NCBI GenBank assembly: GCA_042408215.1
Contig: JAYFMW010000017.1
Location: forward strand, 640,001 to 704,000
DNA: 64,000 bases
Direction of reading: 5' to 3'
Origin: Microcoleus sp.
GTDB taxonomy: Bacteria > Cyanobacteriota > Cyanobacteriia > Cyanobacteriales > Microcoleaceae
The notes beneath the pieces are model-generated. The model made no database searches. It was not told where the DNA came from and worked only from the letters and a program-made list of their open reading frames with translations. Below are positions 11,190 to 21,343 of this stretch, piece after piece (within the stretch, counting starts at the first letter, position 1; each line of letters opens with the position of its first letter). The position numbers and the translations under genes were made by a program.

Positions 11190-11843
11190 ATGAATTCAGA
11201 AACATTACGTCTATTTAAACGCCAATCTCCCGTGAATGTGCTCGGCCCTGGAAAACAAGCAGTTATCTGGGTACAAGGCTGTCGGTTTGCTTGTCCAAGT
11301 TGTATTGTGCCGGATTCTTGGGATGAGAATGCAGGAGATTTGGTAACAGTCACAGAATTAGTAGATTGGGTGCTAGCAGTACCAGGAATTGAAGGTGTTA
11401 CTTTCTCTGGTGGAGAACCGATGCTGCAAGCAGAAGCCTTATCCAATTTAGTAGATAAGCTGCGCGATCGCACAGACCTAGGCATCATGTGTTACACTGG
11501 TTATCGGCTAGAGCACCTAGAGCAACAGGGCACAGCAGCCCAGCAAACATTGTTGCAAAAAATAGATTTACTGATCGATGGACTTTACATCGAAAAACTG
11601 CACGGAGATTTACTCTGGCGCGGTTCAGCAAATCAGCGACTATTGCCTTTGACAGAGCGTTATCGCAGCTTGATTACTGCTCTATTATCTGATGCAGATA
11701 CATCCGCAGGACTCGAATTTTTCATGGGATTAGCAGGAGAAATCTCTTTTGTGGGAGTGCCAAATAAACCGGGATTTAGCCAAGAGTTTGAAGCTCGAAT
11801 GTTAAAGCGCGGAGTAATTGTGGAGCCAATTAAGCAAGATTAA
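11190..11843 (+). CDS. NrdG-like radical SAM / 4Fe-4S single-cluster protein
   Basis: VLGPG, WVQGCRFACPSC (CxxxCxxC), GVTFSGGEP, YTGY, DLLIDGLY, WRGSANQR. Confidence 0.88.
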   Translation: MNSETLRLFKRQSPVNVLGPGKQAVIWVQGCRFACPSCIVPDSWDENAGDLVTVTELVDWVLAVPGIEGVTFSGGEPMLQAEALSNLVDKLRDRTDLGIMCYTGYRLEHLEQQGTAAQQTLLQKIDLLIDGLYIEKLHGDLLWRGSANQRLLPLTERYRSLITALLSDADTSAGLEFFMGLAGEISFVGVPNKPGFSQEFEARMLKRGVIVEPIKQD

Positions 11844-11862
11844 TGGCGGGCAGGCATTTTAC

Positions 11863-12215
11863 CATTAGTGTCAATTTAAGCCTTAAATCCCTGAAAAATA
11901 TTGCTTTGACCTGAGTCTAGATCCCCCTAAATCCCCCTTAAGAAGGGGGACTTTGAGCAAGTTCTTGTCCCCCCCTTCTTAAGCAGGGCTGTTTCATTCT
12001 CAGGAAAACCAGGGTTTTGTAGGGGTCGTGCCCCCGTGCCGACCCTCCCCCACCGACAATCTATCGGTTATTTCAGAGATTGGGGCGGGCACGGGGGCAC
12101 CGCCCCTACGAGAGAATGAAACAGCCCTGCCTTCTTAAGGGGGGCTAGGGGGGATCGAACTTTAATAGTTAAACATTAATCTCTGACTGGGTTAGAAGTT
12201 AAGTTGACACTAATG
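11863..12215. mobile_element. Nested MITE: outer element with 17-bp TIRs, carrying a C/G-tract palindrome interrupted by an inner 146-bp MITE (11984..12129)
   Basis: Outer TIRs CATTAGTGTCAATTTAA / TTAAGTTGACACTAATG; inner perfect TIRs CAGGGCTGTTTCATTCTC with a 10-bp target duplication CCTTCTTAAG. Confidence 0.85.
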
Positions 12216-12296
12216 CCATCTTGCGTGTTCTGAAAAATCTTGCAACAACTTTCAACGTTTGAATACCCAAATCCCATTAATCAGGAGAAAAAATAG

Positions 12297-13586
12297 ATGA
12301 GTAGCAGCAGCCACAAAGAAGCTCAAGCTCGGTTAGCAAGAGAAAGACAAGAAGCAATTGAACGGGAACGTGAGCGCAAAGCCGCAGAAGAAGCACGAAT
12401 TCGAGCGGCCGCGGCCGAACGAGAACGCCTTCAACGTTTAGAAAAGCTGAGAAATCAGTCGATCGCCCAAACTCAAGCCACCATCGCCAAAATACAACAA
12501 AAATCACCAGAAATCTACCCCCAAGATAGCTCAGAACTCACCAAACGCGCTCAAAGTCTCATCAATCACCTCGGTGGAGTTACAACCGAATATCAACTCC
12601 AAGAAACCATCCAAGAATTGCCCAAAATCGAACAAGAACTCGATCGCGCAATTACCCGAAAACGCCGCGACGACGAAGAGAAAAAACGCAAAGCCGAACT
12701 AGAAAAACAGCAGTTTGAGCTCGAAGAACTAGAACGGGAAATAGCCCAAATCCCCCAAGCAGACGCGATTAAATTCGATAGCGCCGGCCGCACAGCAGCC
12801 CAAACAGCCCTCAGTGCTCTCAGAAGTGCGATCGCCTCCGGGAACCCCCAAACCGCGCGATCGCCCTTAAACACTGCCACAGCAGCAGTAGAACAGCATA
12901 TCGCATCCGTAGCTAAAAACCGAGCCCAATGGGAACAACAAAAAGCCGCAGCCGAACAAGCCCTTGGCGAACTGGAAGACCTGATTATTGGTTTAAAAGC
13001 CGACCCGGTAGCCAAGCGGTGGCAAATACATTTAATAGATGAATTAGCCGCCAAATTGCCAACAGGAATTGCCACCATAGAAGCAGAACAATTTGACAAA
13101 CCCGCCCTGATTCTAGCAGCAGCAAAAACCCAAGAACAAGAAATCATCGCAACAGCAAATGCAGCCCAAATCCAAGCCGACCAGCGAGATTACATAGCCA
13201 AAAGTATCGCTGAAACCTTAGCAGAAATGGGCTTTTTTGTCAACGAACCTCAACTAGAAGATTCACGCTATCCCAACGCAGCGCTAATACTGAAAGCTGC
13301 TACTAATTCAGGTAAAGGAATTAGTATCAGCGTACCAGTAGAAGGCGAAGTTTGGTACAACGTCGATGGCTATTCCAAAACCACCGAAGCAGCCGTGGGA
13401 GGAGGAACAGCAGCCGTTTGTGACGAAGCCGAAGAAGTGCTCACAGAAATGCACGATCGCCTCGGAGCAGAATTCGGCATCAACATGACCGAACTCACCT
13501 GGGAAGGAAAAGACCCCGATCGGATAATACGAAAAGCCGACGACTTACCCAACAACGACCAACAACAAAACCGCACCGGAAACTAA
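12297..13586 (+). CDS. Coiled-coil protein with a C-terminal alpha/beta domain reminiscent of DUF2997
   Basis: About 290 aa rich in E/R/Q/A, then IAETLAEMGF...ISISVPVEGEVWYNVDG...CDEAEEVLTEMHDRLG. Confidence 0.75.
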   Translation: MSSSSHKEAQARLARERQEAIERERERKAAEEARIRAAAAERERLQRLEKLRNQSIAQTQATIAKIQQKSPEIYPQDSSELTKRAQSLINHLGGVTTEYQLQETIQELPKIEQELDRAITRKRRDDEEKKRKAELEKQQFELEELEREIAQIPQADAIKFDSAGRTAAQTALSALRSAIASGNPQTARSPLNTATAAVEQHIASVAKNRAQWEQQKAAAEQALGELEDLIIGLKADPVAKRWQIHLIDELAAKLPTGIATIEAEQFDKPALILAAAKTQEQEIIATANAAQIQADQRDYIAKSIAETLAEMGFFVNEPQLEDSRYPNAALILKAATNSGKGISISVPVEGEVWYNVDGYSKTTEAAVGGGTAAVCDEAEEVLTEMHDRLGAEFGINMTELTWEGKDPDRIIRKADDLPNNDQQQNRTGN

Positions 13587-13730
13587 CCAAAACCAACCCA
13601 AAAATAGCCCCCAAATTCATCCGGGGGCTAACACCAAACCCCTTGACATCGGAATCATTCATCTCCCTCCTCTCTTCCTCTGCGCCCTCTGCGCCCTCTG
13701 CGGTTAAATCAATCCAAAATCCCAAATAAA

Positions 13731-15725
13731 ATGAACAGCCAAAACATCACATCATCACGCTGGATACAAGAATTTGAAAAACAACTATACCGCCGCCAAC
13801 ACATAGTTTTATACGGAAACATAGACGACCAATTCCTCTGGCGCGGCAGCTATCAAGGAATTCACGAATTCCTCACCAACTACTTCCAAGACCTCAACTT
13901 CCAGCTAATAGTCCGCTACGACTCCATAGACGGATTCACCTTTGCTCGACCGGAAATGAGCGATCGCTTTGAACAAATAACCCGCACAGCCGCCACCCGC
14001 ATCAACCCCCAATTACAAACCCAGCCCGCCCCCGCAGCCCCAGCAGCACCCGCAAACCCAATGGCTCCACCCCCCCGTGGCAATCCCGGAGCAGTGGGCC
14101 CCAGAATGAACACCAGGGTCTCCCTAGAAGACGCCTTCGGGAACCTGCGAGCCCTCGTCTCCCAAACCGCTAGCCCAGCCGCCGCCGTCGTCGATTTAGC
14201 CGACATGATCACCTCAGACGCCTCCCGGTACAGCGGCGAAGAGCGAAACGCCCTAGTATTGCTGAAAAAAAGCACCCTAGAAGCATCCCTGATCCGAGAA
14301 GGCGATTTAGCCGGTTGTCGCAACACTTTAGTCATCCTGGCTAGAGACTTACAGCGAGTCCCAGAATGGCTATACCACAACAATCCTACGGTGTCAATGA
14401 TTCAGGTATCACGGCCCAACAAAGATGAACGACGGCTGTTTGCTCAGCGGTTCCTCACAGGTTTCTATGGGGGCGATCGCATAAACAACAAACCCAGCGC
14501 CCCAGGAACACTCTCAGAGCTCGACAACCTCGCGGAAGAATTTGCTGAACTCACCGAAAACTTCCGCGCCCTAGAACTAGATGCACTGCGGGCCACATCC
14601 TGGCGCGATCGCATTTCAGTCAAACCCAAAGAAATGTGGCGGCTCATCGACTTCTACAAATTTGGGGTGCGAGATGACCCCTGGGAGCGCATGGGAGCCG
14701 AAAAGGTTTTGCAAGCCAAAACAGAGCTTCCACGCACCGTCATCGGGCAACCAAGGGCAGTACAAGCCGTAACTACCATGCTAACTACCGCCAGAATCGG
14801 ACTGACGATCGGCGGGAGCAGCGGGCGGAGTGGTAAACCAAAAGGCATTTTCTTTTTTGTTGGGCCCACCGGAGTCGGGAAAACCGAATTAGCCAAAGCC
14901 ATGACCAAATTAGTATTTGGGGACGAAAAAGCCTTCGCCCGGTTTGATATGTCAGAATACAAAGAAGAACACGCGGCGGAAAAATTAGCCGGAGCTCCTC
15001 CCGGTTTTGTCGGTTACGAAGAAGGGGGACAATTAACCAATCGAGTTATGGAAAACCCCCACAGTATATTGCTGTTTGACGAAATAGAAAAAGCTCACCC
15101 CAAAGTATTGGATAAATTCCTGCAAATCCTGGAAGATGGGCGACTCACCGACGGAAAAGGACAGACAGCATATTTCAACCAAACAGCAATTATTTTCACC
15201 AGCAACATCGGCGCATCAGATTTCACCGATCCTCAAACCGGTGCGAAGATCCGGGAAGGTATCATGGAGAAAGTAAAAGCCGGAAACGCCAATGACTTCT
15301 CCTGGGACCAAGTAGAAAACCACTTCCGCGCCGAAGTAGATTGGCATTTCACCACTCGCATCGGTCGCGCCGAACTGCTGAACCGCTTAGGAGATAATAT
15401 AGTAGTATTTGACCTGCTGCGGCCAGAGTTCATCGAATTAATCGGAGACAAATTTTTAAAACAACTCTCCGAATGCGCCATAGAAAAGTATCGACTCACC
15501 CTAAAATTCTTGCCATCAACGCTCAATGTTTTGAGGCAAAAAATGGAACGGGGAGACAATTTACTCTTTGGCGGGAGGCGAATCAAATCACTTTTAGAAA
15601 CCCTAGTCGAACGGCCATTGAATACGTGGATATTCGAGAACATTCCAGACACAAACCAATTGGCTGGACAAACCCTAGAAATCGGCATCAACAACGATGA
15701 AACCATCGAGGTAAGAGAAATATAA
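13731..15725 (+). CDS. ClpB/ClpA D2-like AAA+ ATPase with a degenerate N-terminal AAA module
   Basis: VIGQ, Walker A GPTGVGKT, RFDMSEY, pore loop GAPPGFVGYEEGG, Walker B LLFDEIEKAH, LEDGRLTDGKG; the N-terminal half has YGNIDD instead of a Walker A. Confidence 0.9.
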   Translation: MNSQNITSSRWIQEFEKQLYRRQHIVLYGNIDDQFLWRGSYQGIHEFLTNYFQDLNFQLIVRYDSIDGFTFARPEMSDRFEQITRTAATRINPQLQTQPAPAAPAAPANPMAPPPRGNPGAVGPRMNTRVSLEDAFGNLRALVSQTASPAAAVVDLADMITSDASRYSGEERNALVLLKKSTLEASLIREGDLAGCRNTLVILARDLQRVPEWLYHNNPTVSMIQVSRPNKDERRLFAQRFLTGFYGGDRINNKPSAPGTLSELDNLAEEFAELTENFRALELDALRATSWRDRISVKPKEMWRLIDFYKFGVRDDPWERMGAEKVLQAKTELPRTVIGQPRAVQAVTTMLTTARIGLTIGGSSGRSGKPKGIFFFVGPTGVGKTELAKAMTKLVFGDEKAFARFDMSEYKEEHAAEKLAGAPPGFVGYEEGGQLTNRVMENPHSILLFDEIEKAHPKVLDKFLQILEDGRLTDGKGQTAYFNQTAIIFTSNIGASDFTDPQTGAKIREGIMEKVKAGNANDFSWDQVENHFRAEVDWHFTTRIGRAELLNRLGDNIVVFDLLRPEFIELIGDKFLKQLSECAIEKYRLTLKFLPSTLNVLRQKMERGDNLLFGGRRIKSLLETLVERPLNTWIFENIPDTNQLAGQTLEIGINNDETIEVREI

Positions 15726-15767
15726 AATCCCTAGACTCCGCCCCGCCCAGAAACCCAAAAAACTCTT

Positions 15768-16217
15768 ACTCCCCCCCTTAGCAAGGGGGGGCTGGGGGGG
15801 GGTTAAAATACTCAGCAACCAACAAAAAACCCCAAAAAACTTCTAACTCCCCCCCCTTAGCAAGGGGGGGCTGGGGGGGTTAAAATACTCAGCAACCAAC
15901 AAAAAACCCCAAAAAACTTCTAACTCCCCCCCCTTAGCAAGGGGGGGCTGGGGGGGTTAAAATACTCAGCAACCAACAAAAAACCCCAAAAAACTCTAAC
16001 TCCCCCCCTTAACAAGGGGGGGCTGGGGGGGGTTAAAATACTCAGCAACCAACAAAAAACCCCAAAAAACTTCTAACTCCCCCCCTTAGCAAGGGGGGGC
16101 TGGGGGGGGTTAAAATACTCAGCAACCAACAAAAAACCCCAAAAAACTTCTAACTCCCCCCCTTAGCAAGGGGGGGCTGGGGGGGGTTAAAATACTCAGC
16201 AACCAACAAAAAACCCC
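15768..16217 (+). repeat. Six tandem ~77-bp units with core CTCCCCCCCTTAGCAAGGGGGGGCTGGGGGGGGT
   Basis: Cores at about 15770, 15848, 15925, 16001, 16078 and 16155. Confidence 0.92.
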
Positions 16218-16226
16218 TATACAACA

Positions 16227-16628
16227 ATGACAAAACTTTACAACAAAAGCTCAGAAAAATTTAAGCGGCAGAAGCTTCGCAGAGAAATGACAGAAGCTGA
16301 AAAGGAACTATGGAAACGAATCAGAAACAGACAGCTTGAGAATTGTAAATTTCGCAGACAATACAGTGTAGCAGCATTTGCGATCGACTTTTATTCACCA
16401 GAAATCAAGTTAGCACTAGAAGTTGATGGTGACAGCCATTTTGTAGAGGGCGCTGTAGAATATGATGCAGAAAGGCAAGAGTTTATTGAGTCGGCAAAGA
16501 TTAAATTTTTGAGGTTTACTAATGATGATGTTTATCATAATTTGGATGGGGTTTTAGAGGTGATTGTGGAGGGGATTAAATCGTTGAGAACATCGGGTGT
16601 TTTACCCCCCCCAGCCCCCCCTTGCTAA
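16227..16628 (+). CDS. DUF559 (Vsr-like) endonuclease domain protein
   Basis: LRREMTEAEKELW, KFRRQ, IDFY..LALEVDGDSH, YDAER, LRFTNDDV. Confidence 0.9.
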   Translation: MTKLYNKSSEKFKRQKLRREMTEAEKELWKRIRNRQLENCKFRRQYSVAAFAIDFYSPEIKLALEVDGDSHFVEGAVEYDAERQEFIESAKIKFLRFTNDDVYHNLDGVLEVIVEGIKSLRTSGVLPPPAPPC

Positions 16629-17133
16629 GGGGGGGAGCAAGAGTTAGTTTCCCTTGCTAAGGGGGGAGCAAGAGTTAGAAATGTAGATGAGATTTAATCG
16701 TTTATTGCATCAATTCTTTTACCCCCCCCCAGCCCCCCCTTGCTAAGGGGGGGAGCAAGAGTTAGTTTCCCTTGCTAAGGGGGGAGCAAGAGTTAGAAAT
16801 GTAGATGAGATTTAATCGTTTATTGCATCAACTCTTTTACCCCCCCAGCCCCCCTTGCTAAGGGGGGAGCAAGAGTTAGAAATGTAGATGAGATTTAATC
16901 GTTTATTGCATCAACTCTTTTACCCCCCCAGCCCCCCCTTGCTAAGGGGGGGAGCAAGAGTTAGAAATGTAGATGAGATTTAATCGTTTATTGCATCAAC
17001 TCTTTTACCCCCCCCAGCCCCCCCTTGCTAAGGGGGGGAGCAAGAGTTAGAAATGTAGATGAGATTTAATCGTTTATTGCATCAACTCTTTTACCCCCCC
17101 AGCCCCCCCTTGCTAAGGGGGGGAGCAAGAGTT
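16601..17133 (-). repeat. Six units (plus two half cores) carrying the reverse complement of the upstream core
   Basis: ACCCCCCCCAGCCCCCCCTTGCTAAGGGGGGGAG at about 16604, 16721, 16839, 16922, 17007 and 17093; the linker differs from the left array. Confidence 0.92.
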
Positions 17134-17208
17134 CAACCGACAATCTCACCAAAACCCGGTTTCTGAGCCCAAGTAACAACCACCAACCAACAAAACCAAC
17201 TAAAAATC

Positions 17209-19029
17209 ATGTACCCAGAAAGATTTTGGAGAAAACTACAAGGCGAAACAGTCAACAACGAATACTACCTCCAAGAATACCTAGGATGTGGAGCCTATGG
17301 AGCCGTATACAAAGCAGATCAAGTAATCATAGACCAATTCATCAGAGAAATAGCAATCAAACTAATCGCCTTAGAAGAAGATGAAACCAAAGCCAAAAAA
17401 CAACTAAACGAACTAATAGCAGCAGCCAACTTGCTACACGAAAACATCATCCGTAGCTACACAGTGGGCTTGTGCGAAATCAAAGGAGACGAATATTTAT
17501 TCATCGTCATGGAAATCGCCGCAATCACCCTAGAAAAAAAACTAAAAACCGGAAAACTCTCCATAACAGAAGCCAGAGAAATAGTCAAAGCCACAGCAGC
17601 AGTATTACACTACCTACACAATTTAAATCCGCGAAAAGTCCACAGAGACATCAAACCAGCCAACCTGCTATATGCAGATAACAAATGGAAAGTATCAGAC
17701 TTAGGACTGCTGCGAGAAATCGGCACCAACTCACTGAGAACCCAAGATAGGAGAGGAACACCATTTTATGCTCCCCCAGAATCCTACAAGGGAGTAGTAG
17801 GAACAGCATCGGATATCTGGTCACTGGGAATCATGACAGCAGAAATCCTGACAGGAAGTCTACCATTCACAGGAAAGACAGACGAAGAAGTAATGAAAAA
17901 AACCCTAGACGAACAGCCGGAAATAGACTGGTCAAAAATACCAGAACCATTCACGGCCATAGTCAGAGGATGCTTGGAAAAAGAGCGAGAAAATAGATGG
18001 ACAGTAGAACAAGTATTGACAGCATTAGAACTAAAACAGGACTTACACACTCCGACCAAAGAAACCGGGTTTTTTACTGAATCTGTTGATAACAACGAAG
18101 AATCTGATAAAAACCCGGTTTCTGAGCCCATCCTAGCCCCGGCCTTTATTAGTCGAATTGATCAATTGCTACGATCAATATCCACACCAGCCCCAAAACC
18201 AACAAAACAAACACAAACCTTTCAATTCCAAGTAATCACAGTCAACGCCAGCGGACAAATCATCAAAACAGAACAGCGACAAGCCGAATACTTTAGTGAA
18301 AACCTAGGGCGCGGAGTCAGCTTAGAAATGGTACAGATTCCCGGCGGCACATTTATGATGGGTTCCCCCGACAATGAAGAAGGTAGAAGTAATGACGAAA
18401 GTCCGCAGCATCGAGTCACAGTACCGACTTTTTTTGCAGGGAAATACGCCATCACCCAAGCACAGTGGGAAGCTGTCATGGGAAACAACCCATCGGATTT
18501 CAAAGGTGAAAAACGTCCTGTGGAAAATGTATCGTGGGATGATGCTGTCGAATTCTGTAAGAAACTCTCGCAAACAACCAGGAAAACATATCGCTTGCTG
18601 AGTGAAGCGGAATGGGAATACGCTTGTCGCGCCGGAACTACAACACCTTTCTATTTTGGGGAAACCATTACCCCAGAATTAGTTAACTACGACGGAAACC
18701 ACCCCTACGCCAAGGCCTCCAAAGGACTTTACCGCAAAGAAACAACAGATGTGGGGAGTTTTCCACCTAATGCGTTTGGATTGTACGATATGCACGGCAA
18801 TGTTTGGGAATGGTGCAGCGATAAATGGCACGATAATTATAGTGGCGCACCAACTGATGGAAGTTCTTGGGAAACTGGTGGATCTGAATACCGGGTGCAG
18901 CGTGGTGGTTCCTGGAGCACCTATGCGGTCGATTGCCGCAGTGCCTATTGTCTCTACTGCTCGGTGGACTACAGGTTGAGGAACAGGGGTTTTCGCGTAG
19001 CGGTTGCGTCGGTTTCTTCCTTGTCCTAG
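17209..19029 (+). CDS. Ser/Thr protein kinase fused to a C-terminal FGE-sulfatase (CLec-fold) domain
   Basis: [33 protein letters not shown]; then [45 protein letters not shown]. Confidence 0.93.
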   Translation: MYPERFWRKLQGETVNNEYYLQEYLGCGAYGAVYKADQVIIDQFIREIAIKLIALEEDETKAKKQLNELIAAANLLHENIIRSYTVGLCEIKGDEYLFIVMEIAAITLEKKLKTGKLSITEAREIVKATAAVLHYLHNLNPRKVHRDIKPANLLYADNKWKVSDLGLLREIGTNSLRTQDRRGTPFYAPPESYKGVVGTASDIWSLGIMTAEILTGSLPFTGKTDEEVMKKTLDEQPEIDWSKIPEPFTAIVRGCLEKERENRWTVEQVLTALELKQDLHTPTKETGFFTESVDNNEESDKNPVSEPILAPAFISRIDQLLRSISTPAPKPTKQTQTFQFQVITVNASGQIIKTEQRQAEYFSENLGRGVSLEMVQIPGGTFMMGSPDNEEGRSNDESPQHRVTVPTFFAGKYAITQAQWEAVMGNNPSDFKGEKRPVENVSWDDAVEFCKKLSQTTRKTYRLLSEAEWEYACRAGTTTPFYFGETITPELVNYDGNHPYAKASKGLYRKETTDVGSFPPNAFGLYDMHGNVWEWCSDKWHDNYSGAPTDGSSWETGGSEYRVQRGGSWSTYAVDCRSAYCLYCSVDYRLRNRGFRVAVASVSSLS

Positions 19030-19140
19030 TTTTCCCCGCGAGGACTCTTCGTTTTCTCTGCTCTTTTGCTCTCTTGCGCTTTGCGCTCTTAATTCTTTTC
19101 CCTTTCTGCCGCTTGCGGCTCGATTTTTTTTTCGACTGTG

Positions 19141-19631
19141 CCCAAGAAACCGGGTTTTTTCCGAAATCTATCGGTGACAACCAAAAATCTGATAAAAACC
19201 CGGTTTCTGAATCCTCGACTGTGCCCAAGAAACCGGGTTTTTTCCGAAATCTATCGGTGACAACGAGGTATTTGGCAAAAACCCGGTTTCTGAGCCCCAT
19301 GCGTAAATCCAAGAAACCGGGTTTTTGCCTAAATCTATCGGTGACAACGAAGTATTTCGGAAAAACCCGGTTTCTGAGCCCCATGTGTAAATCCAAGAAA
19401 CCGGGTTTTTGCCTAAATCTATCGGTGACAACGAAGTATTTCGGAAAAACCCGGTTTCTGAGCCCATGTGTAAATCCAAGAAACCGGGTTTTTGCCTAAA
19501 TCTATCGGTGACAACGAAGTATTTCGGAAAAACCCGGTTTCTGAGCCCATGTGTAAATCCAAGAAACCGGGTTTTTGCCTAAATCTATCGGTGACAACGA
19601 AGTATTTCGGAAAAACCCGGTTTCTGAGCCC
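19141..19631. repeat. REPIN-like array: six ~84-bp doublets AAGAAACCGGGTTT...AAACCCGGTTTCT
   Basis: Same REP as the arrays flanking the RAYT gene at 45438. Confidence 0.9.
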
Positions 19632-19709
19632 CTCGATTCCGCCCAGTGACAACTAAGTCATGTAAAATAACAAACAAGCCAGACAGAATTTCCACTAAAA
19701 AATAACATC

Positions 19710-20942
19710 ATGTTCAACCTAGAACTTGACTGGGATCTACCAGCTAAAATCAAAGCCAAAAACACAAAACACATCTTGCGAGTGCGAATTCGTCCCCAAT
19801 CCGGTGGCCCCGGTTTACCTCTGCGAATCGCCATCGCCCTGGATACCAGCCAATCAATGGGAGGAGAAAATCTTCAGCGCGCTAAGGAAGCTTGTCGGGC
19901 TGTTGTGGCTCAATTGCGCGATCGCGATCGGCTTTCCTTAGCCGGCTTCTCCACCAGTGTAACACCATTGCTGCAATCTTTACCCGGTGGTGCCGCCGCC
20001 CTTCAACCCGCCAATACCGCCATTTCCCGACTGACAGCGGAAGGTGTTACCCGCACCGATTTAGCCTTAGATTGGATAGTCAACGCCCTACCCCCAGAAG
20101 CCGGAGTCGCGCGGGTGGGAATCTTGATTACTGACGGTCATGCTACCACATCCCAAGGAAGGATTTTAGATGATACGGGGGTTTTGATCGATAAATCCCA
20201 ACAACTAGCCAACCTAGGTATAATTCTCAACACCGTCGGATTGGGAAATGCTAATAATTTTAATACAGCATTATTGACAGATTTAAGCGACAAAGGGCGA
20301 GGCTCATTTATATTTGCAGATACCCCAGCCAGCCTGGAACCCCAACTCCAAAAAAGACTCACAGAATGTCAGGCGATCGCCACCGAAAACACCGTCATCC
20401 AGCTAATACCTAGCAACGGCGTTATCATCAAAGGCTTTTGTCGTTACCGCCCCGAATATTTGCCCCTAGAAGAAACAGCGAAGAATCAATTAACCATCGG
20501 TGCGATCGCCGCCAATACCCCCACGGATTTATTAATCGAACTCGAAATTCCCCTAGGAGGATTTGACGAACCTACAGGTAACAAAGACGTAATTTCTGTA
20601 GAGCTCACAGCCAAGGGAATGACCAATCCCGTGAGAGCAAAAGCTGCCATTAATTATACAACAAGTCCTACTGAAGCGCAAAAAGACAACAAGGAAATCA
20701 AGAACGACTATTGCTGCTGGATGATTAACCTCACAAACAACGAATTGAGCCGCACCGACGACGCCAATCGGCAAAAAGAACTACTGGAAGAATCCCGATA
20801 TAATGCTGAAAAAGCCGGAAAGATTGATATAGTTAATCAAATCGACCAGCAGCTAGATGACCTGGAAAAAAGCGGCAAATTAGACCCCAACAGAACCACC
20901 AAATTGCTGAGAGATTCACGAGACTTAGGAGGTAAAGAATGA
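19710..20942 (+). CDS. von Willebrand factor A domain protein
   Basis: MIDAS motif ALDTSQSM...T...LITDG, VGLG, then a C-terminal beta and helical extension. Confidence 0.88.
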   Translation: MFNLELDWDLPAKIKAKNTKHILRVRIRPQSGGPGLPLRIAIALDTSQSMGGENLQRAKEACRAVVAQLRDRDRLSLAGFSTSVTPLLQSLPGGAAALQPANTAISRLTAEGVTRTDLALDWIVNALPPEAGVARVGILITDGHATTSQGRILDDTGVLIDKSQQLANLGIILNTVGLGNANNFNTALLTDLSDKGRGSFIFADTPASLEPQLQKRLTECQAIATENTVIQLIPSNGVIIKGFCRYRPEYLPLEETAKNQLTIGAIAANTPTDLLIELEIPLGGFDEPTGNKDVISVELTAKGMTNPVRAKAAINYTTSPTEAQKDNKEIKNDYCCWMINLTNNELSRTDDANRQKELLEESRYNAEKAGKIDIVNQIDQQLDDLEKSGKLDPNRTTKLLRDSRDLGGKE

Positions 20943-21343
20943 GTAGTGGCTTTGGGTCCGATCCAATTTATCAAGGACGACTGACACCAGACAATGCTAA
21001 ACTATTGGTACGCAATAGCAGCAGCGCCAACCAGAAATTTCCCCTGAATCAAATCCGAGCAATTATCGGTCGCAGCGATGATGCTCCCATGAGTATAGAA
21101 GACATCGATTTAACTGAATGCAAAATTGACAATAAATCTGCCATCTCTCGCCGCCATGCGGTGATTGAATGGGTAGAAGGTAAACTGCAAATTATTGATT
21201 TAGACAGTACAAACGGTACTTTTGTCAATGGGAAAAAACTCCTTACCACAGCACCGAGGCAACCGTCAAGTCCTGAAATTCTCAAAAGTGGTGATATCAT
21301 AAAACTGGGCAATATTGAACTAGAGGTAATAGCTGATGGATAA
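20939..21343 (+). CDS. FHA domain protein
   Basis: IIGR, ISRRHA, DLDSTNGTFVNG, LKSGDIIKLG; ATGA overlap with the vWA gene. Confidence 0.92.
   Translation: MSSGFGSDPIYQGRLTPDNAKLLVRNSSSANQKFPLNQIRAIIGRSDDAPMSIEDIDLTECKIDNKSAISRRHAVIEWVEGKLQIIDLDSTNGTFVNGKKLLTTAPRQPSSPEILKSGDIIKLGNIELEVIADG

Noticed and set aside
11190..11843. nrdG as activase for the neighbouring RNR
   Set aside because: Class II NrdJ uses adenosylcobalamin, no nrdD is present, and a terminator separates the genes
15768..17133. CRISPR arrays around DUF559
   Set aside because: The linkers are identical within each array rather than unique spacers
18767..19652. ORFs with KKPGF/ETGF/RNRV repeats (also near 22111-22582, 44471-45482, 46168-46476)
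   Set aside because: Translations of REPIN arrays
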